Of a stretch of 64,000 nucleotides of DNA, positions 11,186 to 21,819 are shown one piece after another. Each line of letters starts with the position of its first letter. The first letter of the stretch is position 1. Source of the DNA: Pirellulales bacterium (GTDB lineage: Bacteria > Planctomycetota > Planctomycetia > Pirellulales > PALSA-1355); contig CAVTBU010000005.1 of the NCBI GenBank assembly GCA_963733035.1, positions 96,001 to 160,000 on the forward strand, written 5' to 3'. The position numbers and the translations under genes were made by a program. Below the pieces are notes generated by a model. That model did no database searches. It was not told where the DNA came from and was given only the letters and a program-made list of their open reading frames with translations.

Positions 11186-11412
11186 GGTGTTGAGGCAGCT
11201 CGATGGTTAGGAGAAGCGATCTGTCGTTGGCTTTGCGACACTTAGATTCTGGCCACGTAGGGCACCCAAAACTGGGAAACCGAACCGCAGGCTCAAGCAA
11301 GACGAAGCCTCACCGCTCATCAAAGCGGCTAGCTTACGGTCGCGCTGCACAGCAATTGCTTCCTTCTCGCCGGCTGATGTGGCATAATCCCCGAGGTTCA
11401 GGAGCAATTCTC

Positions 11413-14103
11413 ATGGTGCCTCACGCTGAGCTATTCATCAGGCTAACCCCCGGTTGGCTACCGCCACGAGTAGGCGAATGTCGACTGAATGCCACTTATG
11501 GCGGTCCAGAAACTCTCCTGAATTGGATCGAGACACAACTTGGTTTGCAGTCCCTCCGGACCGATGCCTCGTCGCGAGCCACGGAATACATAAACGCCCT
11601 CGAACGATGCTCAGACGCGTCGTTTTCACGGAGCCTCGCCTCGGACCGCTGGGCTACTGGGGTCCGCCTACTTGGGCTTCGCGACGAACTCACTCTTGCC
11701 GGATGGAATGAACTGGAGGACCCGTCGTGCCCACCTCTTGTTCGTGATATGGCCCGTGCCGCCGAAGGGCATACGTTTACTCATGCGGGCGAACCGCAGC
11801 GACTCGCCCGTATTCTCGCCGCGCTCTCTGACGGTCAAACATTGCCGCCGCACCGTTGCATCCTGTCGGACCCACTCGATGCTTGGCCTTCACTTTGGCG
11901 ATCTGTACTGGATCGGCTCTCAATAGAGAACGCGGAAGAATACCGGTCCTGCGCATCCGATGGCTCGGCACTAAGGACTGCACAAGATGTTGTCCGCGGC
12001 AGGTCCAACGGTCCAATCGTCCCTGATACGTCATTTCGCTATTTGTCCACCCGGAGCGAGACCACAGCCTGTGAATACATTGCCCACGCGCTCGCCCGAG
12101 ATTGTGAATCACTGCCTCGTACAATTGTCTATTGCGAAGACGACTCACTGGCGATGCGTTTGGATGCCTGCCTCCGTCGACATGGTCTGCCCACGATGGG
12201 CTCATCAAGGCTCTCGCCCGCGCACCCAGTAATGCAGGTGCTGCCGATCCTCCTAAATCTTTTGTGGGAACCCGTTGACCCACAGGTTCTTCTCGACTTT
12301 TTGACACTTCCCGTCTGTCCTATCCCGAAGGGCGCTGCTTATCGATTGGCAGACAGCCTGACGGATCAACCTGGTCTTGGAAGCCAGGCATGGCAGGAAG
12401 CGCTCACTTCCTTGGTGGCTCCGGAAAATGACCCCGAAGGGACGCTCAAACAACGAATCGACGCGTGGCTCTTGAATAGCCGCATCACAAGAGGCAGTCT
12501 CGCTCCTACATCGGATGTGCGCGGACGGTGTAGTTTGGTTGCTCAATGGGCAGCGGGTCGCGTCCAGAAGATGCTCGACGACCCGAGTGAGCGCGAGGAA
12601 CTAATCCTTGCTTTGCAGGCCGCTGCTCACCACGCCTCAGTTCTTGGAGAACTCGTAGAGATTCAAGGCTCAGAAATAAGCGAGCCCCAGTTATCACGGT
12701 TGCTCGAAGAAACACTCGGCGGCGGTGTCGAGGCGACCTCCGCCGCCGAACATGCACTGGGTCCGATGCGTGTCCGGTCACTTGCCGAGATCATTTCGCC
12801 CTGCAAACGACTTGTCTGGCTCGGATTGGGAACTGCCGACGCTACGCTATCTCCCTGGTCGCACTTCGACCGAACTCTTTTGACTGAGGCAGGCATCGAG
12901 CTCGACGACGGCAGTAAGAGTGTCGCCTCCCTCCGCCGTGCCGAAGCCAAAGGCTTGGCGCTTGTCGATGACTCCCTGCTTGCCGTACTTTTGCCTACGG
13001 ACACTACACGCCGCTGGCACCCACTATGGCTCGCCATCCGAAACGCGTTGGGCGATGCAAACGAACCGATTCGGCTTGAAGATGTCGTTGCGGCAGAGAA
13101 CTTTGCAACTGTATTGCCATTCGATGTGCTGCTGTCGTCACACACAATTGAGCCTCCTCCCAAGGAACGATTACTCTGGCATGTCCCCGAGGGCATACTT
13201 CGGGACCGCGCGACGTCGTCCGCGTCAGAACTTCAGACCCGCCTGACCTGCCCTGTCAAATGGACCCTGACATATCAGGCCCGGCTTTACCCCAGCGTCA
13301 TCGCTCAGCTGCCAAACAGTTTCCTTCTCAAAGGTTCCTTTTGTCATAGTATCCTGCAGCGAGTTTTTGGGGATGGGGGCGAATTGCCCACATCGAGCGA
13401 CGCTGTGAAAACTGTCGCCGCTGAGTTCGATGCACGCTTGTCACTCGACGCCGCTCCACTTGCACAGCCAAACATGGCTAGCGAACAACGTCGCTTACGG
13501 CACGAGTTGTGCCGCGCGACGGAGACACTCGTCGACGCTCTATCCGCTGGGGGCTATCGCATCGCTGGCATCGAAACTGAGGTTCGGGCAGAAGCACTTG
13601 GTAAACAATTAACTGGCAGGATCGACTGTCTCGCGGCCCGGCAAGATGGTAAAGAAGCCATCGTCGACTTTAAGTACGCTGGTCACGACAAGTATCGCCG
13701 CTTATTGGTTGACGGGCGTGCGGTGCAGCTTGCGACTTACGCACACGCCCGCGCACAGACTTCAGCAGCCAACGGTTCCTATCCGGCTGTCGCGTATCTG
13801 GTATTGGCTGAAGGACAGTTATTCACGCCGCGCGGTAGTGCTCTGGATGGCGGCACCGCGTGTTCAGTTGTCGATGGGGCGGACATCCAAACCGTGTGGT
13901 CACAATTTGCAGCGGCAATCGAACATGCGAATGACTGGCTCGATGGCGATGCTGATATTCCTGCTCGGCCTCTTCAAACGCCCGATTCCTGGCCGAACGG
14001 TGCTGAAATCACCCTAACTGCCAATCTTGGACAGGATGAACTCCAGGAGGCATGTCGCTACTGCGACTATCCGACCCTTTGCGGACTTCGGAGGCTAACA
14101 TGA
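11413..14103 (+). CDS. AddB/RexB-like protein with C-terminal PD-(D/E)XK nuclease and Fe-S cysteines
   Basis: TCPVKW, GRIDC, IVDFKY, QLATY and C-terminal CRYCDYPTLC. Stop overlaps the helicase ATG. Confidence 0.85.
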   Translation: MVPHAELFIRLTPGWLPPRVGECRLNATYGGPETLLNWIETQLGLQSLRTDASSRATEYINALERCSDASFSRSLASDRWATGVRLLGLRDELTLAGWNELEDPSCPPLVRDMARAAEGHTFTHAGEPQRLARILAALSDGQTLPPHRCILSDPLDAWPSLWRSVLDRLSIENAEEYRSCASDGSALRTAQDVVRGRSNGPIVPDTSFRYLSTRSETTACEYIAHALARDCESLPRTIVYCEDDSLAMRLDACLRRHGLPTMGSSRLSPAHPVMQVLPILLNLLWEPVDPQVLLDFLTLPVCPIPKGAAYRLADSLTDQPGLGSQAWQEALTSLVAPENDPEGTLKQRIDAWLLNSRITRGSLAPTSDVRGRCSLVAQWAAGRVQKMLDDPSEREELILALQAAAHHASVLGELVEIQGSEISEPQLSRLLEETLGGGVEATSAAEHALGPMRVRSLAEIISPCKRLVWLGLGTADATLSPWSHFDRTLLTEAGIELDDGSKSVASLRRAEAKGLALVDDSLLAVLLPTDTTRRWHPLWLAIRNALGDANEPIRLEDVVAAENFATVLPFDVLLSSHTIEPPPKERLLWHVPEGILRDRATSSASELQTRLTCPVKWTLTYQARLYPSVIAQLPNSFLLKGSFCHSILQRVFGDGGELPTSSDAVKTVAAEFDARLSLDAAPLAQPNMASEQRRLRHELCRATETLVDALSAGGYRIAGIETEVRAEALGKQLTGRIDCLAARQDGKEAIVDFKYAGHDKYRRLLVDGRAVQLATYAHARAQTSAANGSYPAVAYLVLAEGQLFTPRGSALDGGTACSVVDGADIQTVWSQFAAAIEHANDWLDGDADIPARPLQTPDSWPNGAEITLTANLGQDELQEACRYCDYPTLCGLRRLT

Positions 14104-17100
14104 GCGGAATCCTGGAGGTCGTCCGAGCTGGTGCAGGCTCCGGAAAGACCACCGACCTCTGCAACATTGTCGCCGCCGCTGTCGAGGAAGGCCTTGACCC
14201 CGCTCGAATCCTGGCGACAACTTTTACTCGAAAAGCCGCTGTCCAACTCAAAGGGCGAGTCCAAGCCCGGCTACTGCGAAGCGATGGCACGGAGCCTGCC
14301 ACTGCCCATTTCAGAGCCGACCGCCTGGAGCTCGCCGCCATCGGTACTGTCCATAGCGTCGCTCACCAACTCATCACCCGTTACGCGATCGCGATGGGGC
14401 TTTCTCCGAGGCTCACCGTTTTGGACGAGTACGGCAGTGACCGGGCACTGAATAACCTGTTGGGCGAAATGGCTGAGCAAGACTGGGAGGATCTATACAG
14501 CCTGGCAGATTCGCTGTCACTCGATGGCGTGACCCGGCTCATTCTAGATCTACTCGCGCTACAGCGCGGCAATCGAATCAGCGACGACGAATTTCGACAA
14601 CACCTCGCATTGAGTGCCGATCGGCTTTGTCAACTGGTGGCTGCTGATGTAGACGATGACGGGGTAACGTTTGACCGACTTTATGAACTGGTTAACGATG
14701 CCCTGCAGCAGATAGAAGCCCTGACCAATGATTCGACGCAAACAACACAAAAAGCAGCACAGCAGCTTCGACGCCTCGCCGCACAGCGTTCTCACACTTG
14801 GAAGTGCCACGTTCTCGCGTTGTCGATCACTGCCGGGAAACGCTCTGGTGCAGATGTTCTGCTAAACCCACTTCGCCAGGAAGCGGCTCGTGTTCGGAGC
14901 CACCCCGAACTTCATGAACATATCCGCGCGTTTTCCAACCAGATTGGACAACGAACCGTTGAACTTGGGCAGCGTTACCTTACCTATAAGCAGGAGCGTG
15001 GGTTGGTTGACTTCACTGACCTCGAAGTTCTGTTGCTGCAGCTCCTAGAGAACGAAGAACTCGCTCCGAGCCTAAAGTCGGAATTTGACCTTGTCCTTGT
15101 CGATGAGTTTCAAGACACCAATCCGCTTCAACTAGCAATTTTTCAACGCTTCAGAGACCTCGCGCCTCGCAATCGTTGGGTCGGGGACCCCAAGCAGGCT
15201 ATTTACGGTTTCCGCGACACCGACCCCGAATTAGTCAATTCTGTCTGGACCAACGCGCCTGAGACACAGAGAACATCACTTCCAAAGAACTACCGTGCTC
15301 AAAAGGGGCTTGTTGACCTCGTTGGTCAGCTATTTTCACCTGTCTTCGGCAAAGAAGCCAAGCAAGAGCATCATCACGATGGTTCCCCCTGCGGAATTGA
15401 GCGGTGGCTGCTTGACGCCAGAAACCAATTCGATGAGACCACGTCTACCTGCTGCGGTATCGCGAAGCTAAAAGCAGAGGGCTGGCAATATCGAGACATC
15501 GCCATACTCGCTCGAACCAATCATCAACTCGTTCAAATCGCCGCCGCGATGGACGACCTCGGCATTCCATACTTACTGCAGAGTCCTGGCTTACTAGCAA
15601 CCCGTGAAGGGACCATCGTTCTTGCCGGACTTCGCCTCGTTGCCGACCGCGGTGACTCGCTCGCGGCAGCAACCATCTTGCACCTCCTGGAAGACCCGAA
15701 CGCCGACACACCCAATTGGTTTGCCGAACGACTAACCGCGCTTCGGACGCAGCTGGACTCCGAAGACGGCAATTCAACTTACACAAATCCATGGCAGGAC
15801 AATTCGAAACTTGCCCCACTTGAAACCATCGATTCCCAAACCCTTCCGCCCGCGGCAGTCATGCAGCAAGTAATTGAAGCGCTGAGAGTGCCGGAGCTCG
15901 TCGCCAACTGGGGAGATCCTTCGCGAAGAAGTGCACACCTCGACTCACTTCTACAGCATGCCTCCGAATACGAGCAGACCGCTCTCGATGAAGGCCGCGC
16001 CGCAACACTGACTGGACTCATCATCCACCTGGAGAACCTTGAAGGAGACAAGAAGGATTTCCGCCATGCACCTCTCGGGCACAACGCGGTGGCGCTCTTA
16101 CCTACCACACGTCGAAGGGACTTGAGTGGCCCGTTGTTGTGCTCACGGGCTTAGATTATGGTCGCAGCTCGGATGTCTGGTCGCCCGTTGTCGTTGCTGG
16201 CGAGAACAATAACAACGATCCGCTTCTTGGCCGATCGGTCCGCCACTGGTGCTGGCCCTTTGGATTAACTGACGGCGAGTATGCGCGTCTCGTTAAGGGA
16301 AGCGGGCTGGAGGATGATGCCATCAACTCACCCGAAGGTCAGACCAAACTGCAAAGCGAACTTGATGAGGGACTACGTCTTCTCTATGTTGGCTTCACCC
16401 GGGCACAAACCAAAATAGTCTTAGCACATCGCGCCAACAAATATTCATGGCTAGCTCAGCTAACGAACATTGACACTCTGCTTCCGCCTGCTCTTCAGGA
16501 AGGCGAGCACGCGGTTGACGGAATCGATACGACCCTCGTAGTCCGAGAGTTAAACCCGCAGGAGGCTGATGCTTGTAGATGTCCCCGTTCCGCCAATGAG
16601 ACATGGTTTGCTCCAGCAATGTCTCAACCCACTGCCGATATTGTCGAGCGATACCATCGTCCAAGTGCCGTGATCGCACCCACAAATGATGCGACATTCG
16701 AAATAGTCGATATCTCCGAGACGCCCTACTTTCCATCAGGTGCGGACGAATCCAACTATGCAGCAATTGGCGACGCCGTCCATGCCTACTTCGCCGGACT
16801 TCCGTCTCTACCATCTGCAACCCAGGACCTCAAGTTGAGCGTCGCGAGACGATGCATCGAAGGGTACGGCGCGTCAGCCTATCTCACTCCCGATGTTCTC
16901 GTCGCCAAGGGAGAGAGCTTTCGCTCCTGGATAAACTTGCACTACCCTGGAGCAACGTGGCACACAGAAGTGCCCGTATCTGCGCCGCGGCTCGCCGGCG
17001 GTCAATGGGTGGGGACGATCGATCTCATCATTGAAACGCCAGATGGCAAAATTGCCATCATCGACCACAAGAGCGCACCGCTTCGACGAGAACACTGCCA

Positions 17101-17239
17101 GCAGAAGGCAGCAACCTTTAACGGTCAATTGTTGGCATATCGCGAAATACTTTCCACGAGCGGAATCACCGTCAGTTCGCTCTATATACATTTTCCACTT
17201 GCGGGCGTCGCGTGTCGTCTGCAGCTTCGGGATTCATGA
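14100..17239 (+). CDS. AddA/UvrD-like SF1A helicase-nuclease, frameshifted near 16100
   Basis: AGAGSGKT, DEFQD, GDPKQAIYGFR, NYRA. Motif V TYHTSKGLEW reads only after a 1-nt frame correction at ~16100. Then LYVGFTRA and nuclease GTIDL/IDHKS/QLLAY. Confidence 0.88.
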
Positions 17240-17519
17240 TCGGGAAGGGCTTTTCCCCTGCAAATCAGTTTTTCTCGTCTTCCGGCTACTCTCAGCATCT
17301 TAATTGCCTCGACATGCTGTAGTTTAGATTTCCGCCGTTTTCGATCATGTAGAGTGTGACGTGTTGGAAATCCGCATCGGCCCCCAACGTTTGCCACCTA
17401 CCCTGAAAAAATTTCTTCACCATCACTATATTATTCTGCGGAATCATGGCGGCTCGGCACGGCGCTGGGCTGTTTACCGCACCAACCCTCAAGGAGACAT
17501 ATATCGAAAGACTTGCAAG

Positions 17520-18356
17520 ATGATCGCAACCAACAAGAAGAATTTCATCCTATGGCTCTGTTCCCACCAGGAATCACCCCTCACTTTTTCCGACAACCTG
17601 CTCTATTCGTATTTGGCATGGCGTCCTGGAGGTAGCCTGCGTCAAATCGCTCAAGCAACTGGGCTAGATCGCAGCAAGTCAGTCGCTCCCGCCGTTAATC
17701 GGCTGCAGGATTTTGGACTTGTATCGGAAAACGACTATGAAGCGCTGCCGCCTCCAGCGGGCTGGTTTATCCCCAGACGATACACGGATGCCGACTGGCG
17801 AAAACAGTTTCGCTATTTTCCAATCGCCATCCGTCAAACTGAACTCACCGCGCGGCAGAACGCCCTCTATGCTGCCATCAAATGGAAACCGGCAAAGAAA
17901 CTGTCGTGGTATGCTGCGTGCTTGAAACTCAATCGCTCGGGCGCGTACAAGACCGCTGGAGAACTGCGACGGAAACAGTTCGTCGCCGCCGACAGTCTGA
18001 CCGTGCAGCCGACTGCCAAGGATATCTGGCAAGACAGAGAAGACGCCACGTTCGTGACCGACGCGCTCAAGGCGAAGTTCCCTCCTGGCTATGAACCACT
18101 CATCGCCTGGGAAGTGTCTGATCTATGGCGGAAGGTGGAGGAAGGCTCTGAGAAGTTGCTCGAACGCACGAACTGGTATAACCGCAAATACGTCCAGGGT
18201 TATTGGGAACGGGTGACAAAGATGCTGCTTACCCCTGAGCAAATTGAAGCGTTCATCTGGGAGTTTGGCAAACTATTGGACTACGTATTGGTTCGCGGCA
18301 AAGACTGGTGGGTTTCTCACCTCAACCACGAGCATCGTCTGCGCACAGATCAATAG
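17520..18356 (+). CDS. Tandem-HTH protein, putative replication initiator
   Basis: Two wHTH-like segments (SLRQIAQATGLDRSKSVAPAVNRLQDFGLV and LSWYAACLKLNRSGAYKTAGELRRK). Followed by repeats and an A-rich tract. C-terminus may be frameshifted. Confidence 0.55.
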   Translation: MIATNKKNFILWLCSHQESPLTFSDNLLYSYLAWRPGGSLRQIAQATGLDRSKSVAPAVNRLQDFGLVSENDYEALPPPAGWFIPRRYTDADWRKQFRYFPIAIRQTELTARQNALYAAIKWKPAKKLSWYAACLKLNRSGAYKTAGELRRKQFVAADSLTVQPTAKDIWQDREDATFVTDALKAKFPPGYEPLIAWEVSDLWRKVEEGSEKLLERTNWYNRKYVQGYWERVTKMLLTPEQIEAFIWEFGKLLDYVLVRGKDWWVSHLNHEHRLRTDQ

Positions 18357-18430
18357 AATGTGGCACCAGAAACTTCCTGGCAGTCACTTCTATTGGAGTT
18401 TCGAACCGACGACTTTGGGGAAGTTTTAGG

Positions 18431-18575
18431 TGGTCGCTTTGGCGACAGTCGCTGGCTGCTTTTGCAACAGGCGAATGAAAATGTGGTTGCTTTTGCAACA
18501 GCACGGTGACCGAATGGTTGCTTTTGCGTGACAAAGATTAAAAGAGATACAAATAAGAAGAGAATGAATAATCTC
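18431..18575. repeat. Four 18-bp imperfect direct repeats with palindromic core plus A-rich tract (iteron/origin-like)
   Basis: TGGTCGCTTTGGCGACAG (18431), TGGCTGCTTTTGCAACAG (18453), TGGTTGCTTTTGCAACAG (18484), TGGTTGCTTTTGCGTGAC (18515). Confidence 0.75.
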
Positions 18576-18927
18576 AAGCCCTGCGGGCTGAGGTCACTGA
18601 AAAGCCGCCTTCGGCGGGTCGAAGTTGCCGTTGTCTCGCCAAAGCATGGCGCAGGTCCAACCTGGAACGTGCGTCAGGATAGTTGGAAGCACTCCAGAGT
18701 CAAAATTTGGGGCACTTTGTCCCGTGCAGAGCAACGACGCTACCAGACTGCCCGTTCTTGGTATCAAATCCGCCAAAATCTTGGCGATTGAGACCACACG
18801 AGGGTGATTTGAGGTCGAGAGTTGATTTCGGCGATTTTGAAACGTTCTTGCAGTGGTCGTTGTGACTTCCAAAGTCCCCTGCCAGTGAAGGGCAACATCG
18901 CCAGCCATCTGGCTTCCTCTGGTGGAG

Positions 18928-19191
18928 TCATTCGCCCAGGTCTTGCAGCAGACTCAAGAAGTCATCGTCGTCCTCGTCACGGGAAACATCTTCCGGGGTC
19001 AGTGCCTCAAGTTCACGAAGTGCTGATTGGAATTCTTCGTCCAGACTATGTTGGCGATCTGCATACCATTGACGCAGATTGGCAATGGCAATCTGCTTCG
19101 CAGACTCAAAGTTGTAACTCGGGCGAGCCACCGCGATATGGCGACCCTCAACCGAATAGTGCACCTGATTCGTTGGTTGGTAGTATCGCAT
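18928..19191 (-). CDS. Small hypothetical protein with acidic tail
   Basis: 87-aa ORF with GAGGAG RBS. Confidence 0.65.
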   Translation of the reverse strand: MRYYQPTNQVHYSVEGRHIAVARPSYNFESAKQIAIANLRQWYADRQHSLDEEFQSALRELEALTPEDVSRDEDDDDFLSLLQDLGE

Positions 19192-19251
19192 TCGTTCTCC
19201 TCGATGGATTGGTTATGGGGGTTGATAGACTTCGCTGGACTTCGTAATTGT

Positions 19252-19450
19252 CTAGGGGCAATCTTCGTCCAGCCTGACACGCTCTTTTGCTGCCGCAGAT
19301 TGCTGCTCCAGCGCCGCGAGAATCCGCCACGCTTAATTCTCGTCGAGCACCCAGGCAATTACCTCACCGTTTGAGTCGAGCACCTCGTAGCCGTCGCCAG
19401 TGCTACGCGCGGCGACCTGTAAGAGGTGCGGTAGAATCGAAACTACTCAT
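19252..19450 (-). pseudogene. Degraded small gene
   Basis: ATG overlaps the upstream stop. The protein-like frame GDGYEVLDSNGEVIAWVLDEN*AWRILAALE needs a frameshift and has an internal TAA. Confidence 0.3.
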
Positions 19451-19733
19451 CACCTTCAAGCAGATTCAACGATTCACGAATCTCTTGCATTTGCAGCGCC
19501 AAGAAGACGGCACACGCCAATACCTGTTCGGTTTCGCTCGCGAAATGGGTATTGTCCCAAACCGTTTTCCCCGTCGCGGTCCAGCGAGGTTTGCCATCCG
19601 GCCCGATCTTGACCTTGCCGTGTCTTACTAGGTCACTAAGGATCTTGTCGATCGCCGCGGCGTCGAGCGAACGATCATGGCAAAAACGCACCGTCGAACT
19701 CAATTCGTAAGAACCTTTCTCGCTCTCAACCAT
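19443..19733 (-). CDS. Hypothetical protein
   Basis: 96-aa ORF with AAGGA RBS, co-oriented in the operon. Confidence 0.6.
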   Translation of the reverse strand: MVESEKGSYELSSTVRFCHDRSLDAAAIDKILSDLVRHGKVKIGPDGKPRWTATGKTVWDNTHFASETEQVLACAVFLALQMQEIRESLNLLEGDE

Positions 19734-19824
19734 TTTGTGCTTCCTTTAGATGTGCATGTTTCTGGAGGCATGGTTCCGTGATGGGTGGTGACAAGGCGAA
19801 CGCTCTTGAACTTATTGCTCACCG

Positions 19825-20422
19825 TCAGGCTTCGTCGTCGTGTCCGAAGAACGGAAGAATATGGCTTTCGGCGTCACCTAAACATCCCCGGACAGTGACC
19901 CTCGACTTGTCGGACCACGTGTAGGGATCAGAGGGCGCGTAGAACGCTTGGTTCCACTCGTCCGCGTCCGGATCATCAACGCTGCCGTGCGCACCGCAGC
20001 AGATGCACCTCAGAATCAACCACACTTCTGCCACGCGCTGTCGAGCAGACGACCCATTTGTGGTCGCACTGGCGGATTCGATTCAGATCAGCCGGAGCAA
20101 GGGGTTGGGCAACACAGAGATTTTCACCACCCGGCAAGACTCCGCGGTCTTCATCCGCCTCCGCCTTGAGAACATCGCTTACGGCGACTCTAAGGACTCG
20201 CCCGCCATGCTCAACGACCACTGGAAGACTGTCGCTTGGCTTGAGTCCCAAGTACGACGAGTTGTCGTGGTCGTCGTCATTCAGGTCCAATACGCGGAGC
20301 GGAGAACCTAATTTTAAACGGGACAGATACTGCAGCCGCGGATCGTCTTGGTTTGCTGCCCAGTCTTGACCCTGCGCGAACTGTTTCTTGCTGGGTTCTT
20401 TTTTCTTCGATTTCTTAGCCAT
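19825..20422 (-). CDS. Hypothetical protein with Cys/His domain, frameshifted near 20035
   Basis: ORF 20422 (AAGGAG RBS) reaches QCDHKWVVCSTA. The adjacent frame continues AEVWLILRCICCG...VDDP...PYTWSDKSRVT, matching the 5066-5590 domain. Confidence 0.68.
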
Positions 20423-20467
20423 TTGGATCTCCTTAGGTACCTCGTACTTCCGACGTAATGGCGATTG

Positions 20468-20962
20468 CTAGGCACTGGCTCTGAGCCGCAGTCCCGGCAA
20501 GCGGCTCAAGCGTTTCAACTGAATCGGAGTGACTTCCCCGTAAATCAGAAAACACACACCTTTCGTATTTCCAGGCGATCGCAGTTCGCACGGCGGTTCG
20601 AAATTAATACGCCGGTCCGGAACAAAGATCATCTGCGGTGGATCGTCGTGAACGGCGCGGGCCGTCAACGCGTTCATAGGCCAGACGACCACTGCAAGTT
20701 CTGCGTTCGAAGCCGCGGGCAAGAACCTTCCCGCGCCCGAGAACGGTGGGTTGCAGTAGACCCGCTCGCCTTCCCATGACTGCAGGGCCGCATCCTCTTC
20801 CACAGTCCAGTAGCGTTCGAGCAACGCATCCGCTTCGCTCGCGCACGCATCGATCGTAAACAGAAAGATATTGTCGAGAACCTCGAACACTGCTCGGGGT
20901 GTTCTCCAGCATTGACGAGCATCGCTTGGCTGGGTTTCAACAAACATTGAATTCCTTCTCAC
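20468..20962 (-). CDS. Phage-type DNA N6-adenine methyltransferase
   Basis: WRTP, FTIDACAS, W...VYCNPPFS and RRINF. Confidence 0.85.
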   Translation of the reverse strand: MRRNSMFVETQPSDARQCWRTPRAVFEVLDNIFLFTIDACASEADALLERYWTVEEDAALQSWEGERVYCNPPFSGAGRFLPAASNAELAVVVWPMNALTARAVHDDPPQMIFVPDRRINFEPPCELRSPGNTKGVCFLIYGEVTPIQLKRLSRLPGLRLRASA

Positions 20963-21819
20963 TACTGAATGTCAGGTTTCTGGTTCGGTGGTTCCGACTG
21001 CCCGTCTAGCCGTTGTTGTCGCTCCCATTTAGCCCACTCGACGCGCGCTTGCGCGAGTTCGACGTACGGCTTATGGATCTCGAAGCCGAGAAACCGGCGA
21101 TAGTTGAGCAGTGCCATGACCGCCGTTGTGCCCGAGCCCGCCAGCGGGTCGAGCACCAAATCACCTGGGCGGCTGAACGTAATGATCAAATCCTCTGCCA
21201 TTGCCTCGGGCATGACGGCTGGATGGCGATCAAATACGTACTTCGACTTACTCGAATTGTTGAAACCTGCGTTGTAGCGCCAGACGCAGCTCCGACGCCC
21301 GAAGGGCGGCACGACCTTGCCGGTTCTTTTTTGATAGGTCAGGTGCCCTGCCCGATTGCGGACGCTGTGTTGGATACGATCGCCAGCGGTAATGTTTGGT
21401 TTGTCTCGGATGATGTGGACCGTTTTCGGGGTACCCTTGGAGTAGACCATCGCAAATTCGGGCGTCCCTGGATGCCGTTGCGGCGGGCAGCGATGTCCCG
21501 CTCTTTCCATCACGAGCGGCACCACCAAGTCGAAGCCGCTATCTCGCGCCATTTCAAAATGCGTGAATACGCTTTGGGAGCAACGTCCCTGTTGGACTTG
21601 GTCTTGTTCCACCCACACGACGACGCCACCGGGTTCGACAATTCGCTCGAGCTCGTCGAAGACGAGTTCCGAATCGAAACTGTGCCCCCCATAGTTGCGC
21701 ATCTTGCCGTATGCCGGCGACGTCACCACGAGCGAAATGCACTCGTCCGGGAGCCGACGCATCAAGTCAACGCAGTCGCCATGGATAATCTCATCGATCC
21801 AAGGAATCTCACTCGACAT
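20962..21819 (-). CDS. N4-C/N6-A DNA methyltransferase (beta class)
   Basis: IIHGDC, VVTSPAY (motif IV), HPAVMPE, VLDPLAGSGTT (motif I) and GFEI. Confidence 0.9.
   Translation of the reverse strand: MSSEIPWIDEIIHGDCVDLMRRLPDECISLVVTSPAYGKMRNYGGHSFDSELVFDELERIVEPGGVVVWVEQDQVQQGRCSQSVFTHFEMARDSGFDLVVPLVMERAGHRCPPQRHPGTPEFAMVYSKGTPKTVHIIRDKPNITAGDRIQHSVRNRAGHLTYQKRTGKVVPPFGRRSCVWRYNAGFNNSSKSKYVFDRHPAVMPEAMAEDLIITFSRPGDLVLDPLAGSGTTAVMALLNYRRFLGFEIHKPYVELAQARVEWAKWERQQRLDGQSEPPNQKPDIQ

Noticed and set aside
13200..14103. Cas4 gene
   Set aside because: The Fe-S PD-(D/E)XK domain is the C-terminus of a ~900-aa AddB-like protein coupled to a UvrD helicase.
16080..16154. Programmed frameshift or natural split in the helicase
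   Set aside because: No slippery heptamer is present, the break falls at conserved motif V, and similar breaks occur throughout the window.
18431..18532. Mini CRISPR array
   Set aside because: The repeats are 18 bp and degenerate, with only 4-13 bp between copies, and no cas genes are present.
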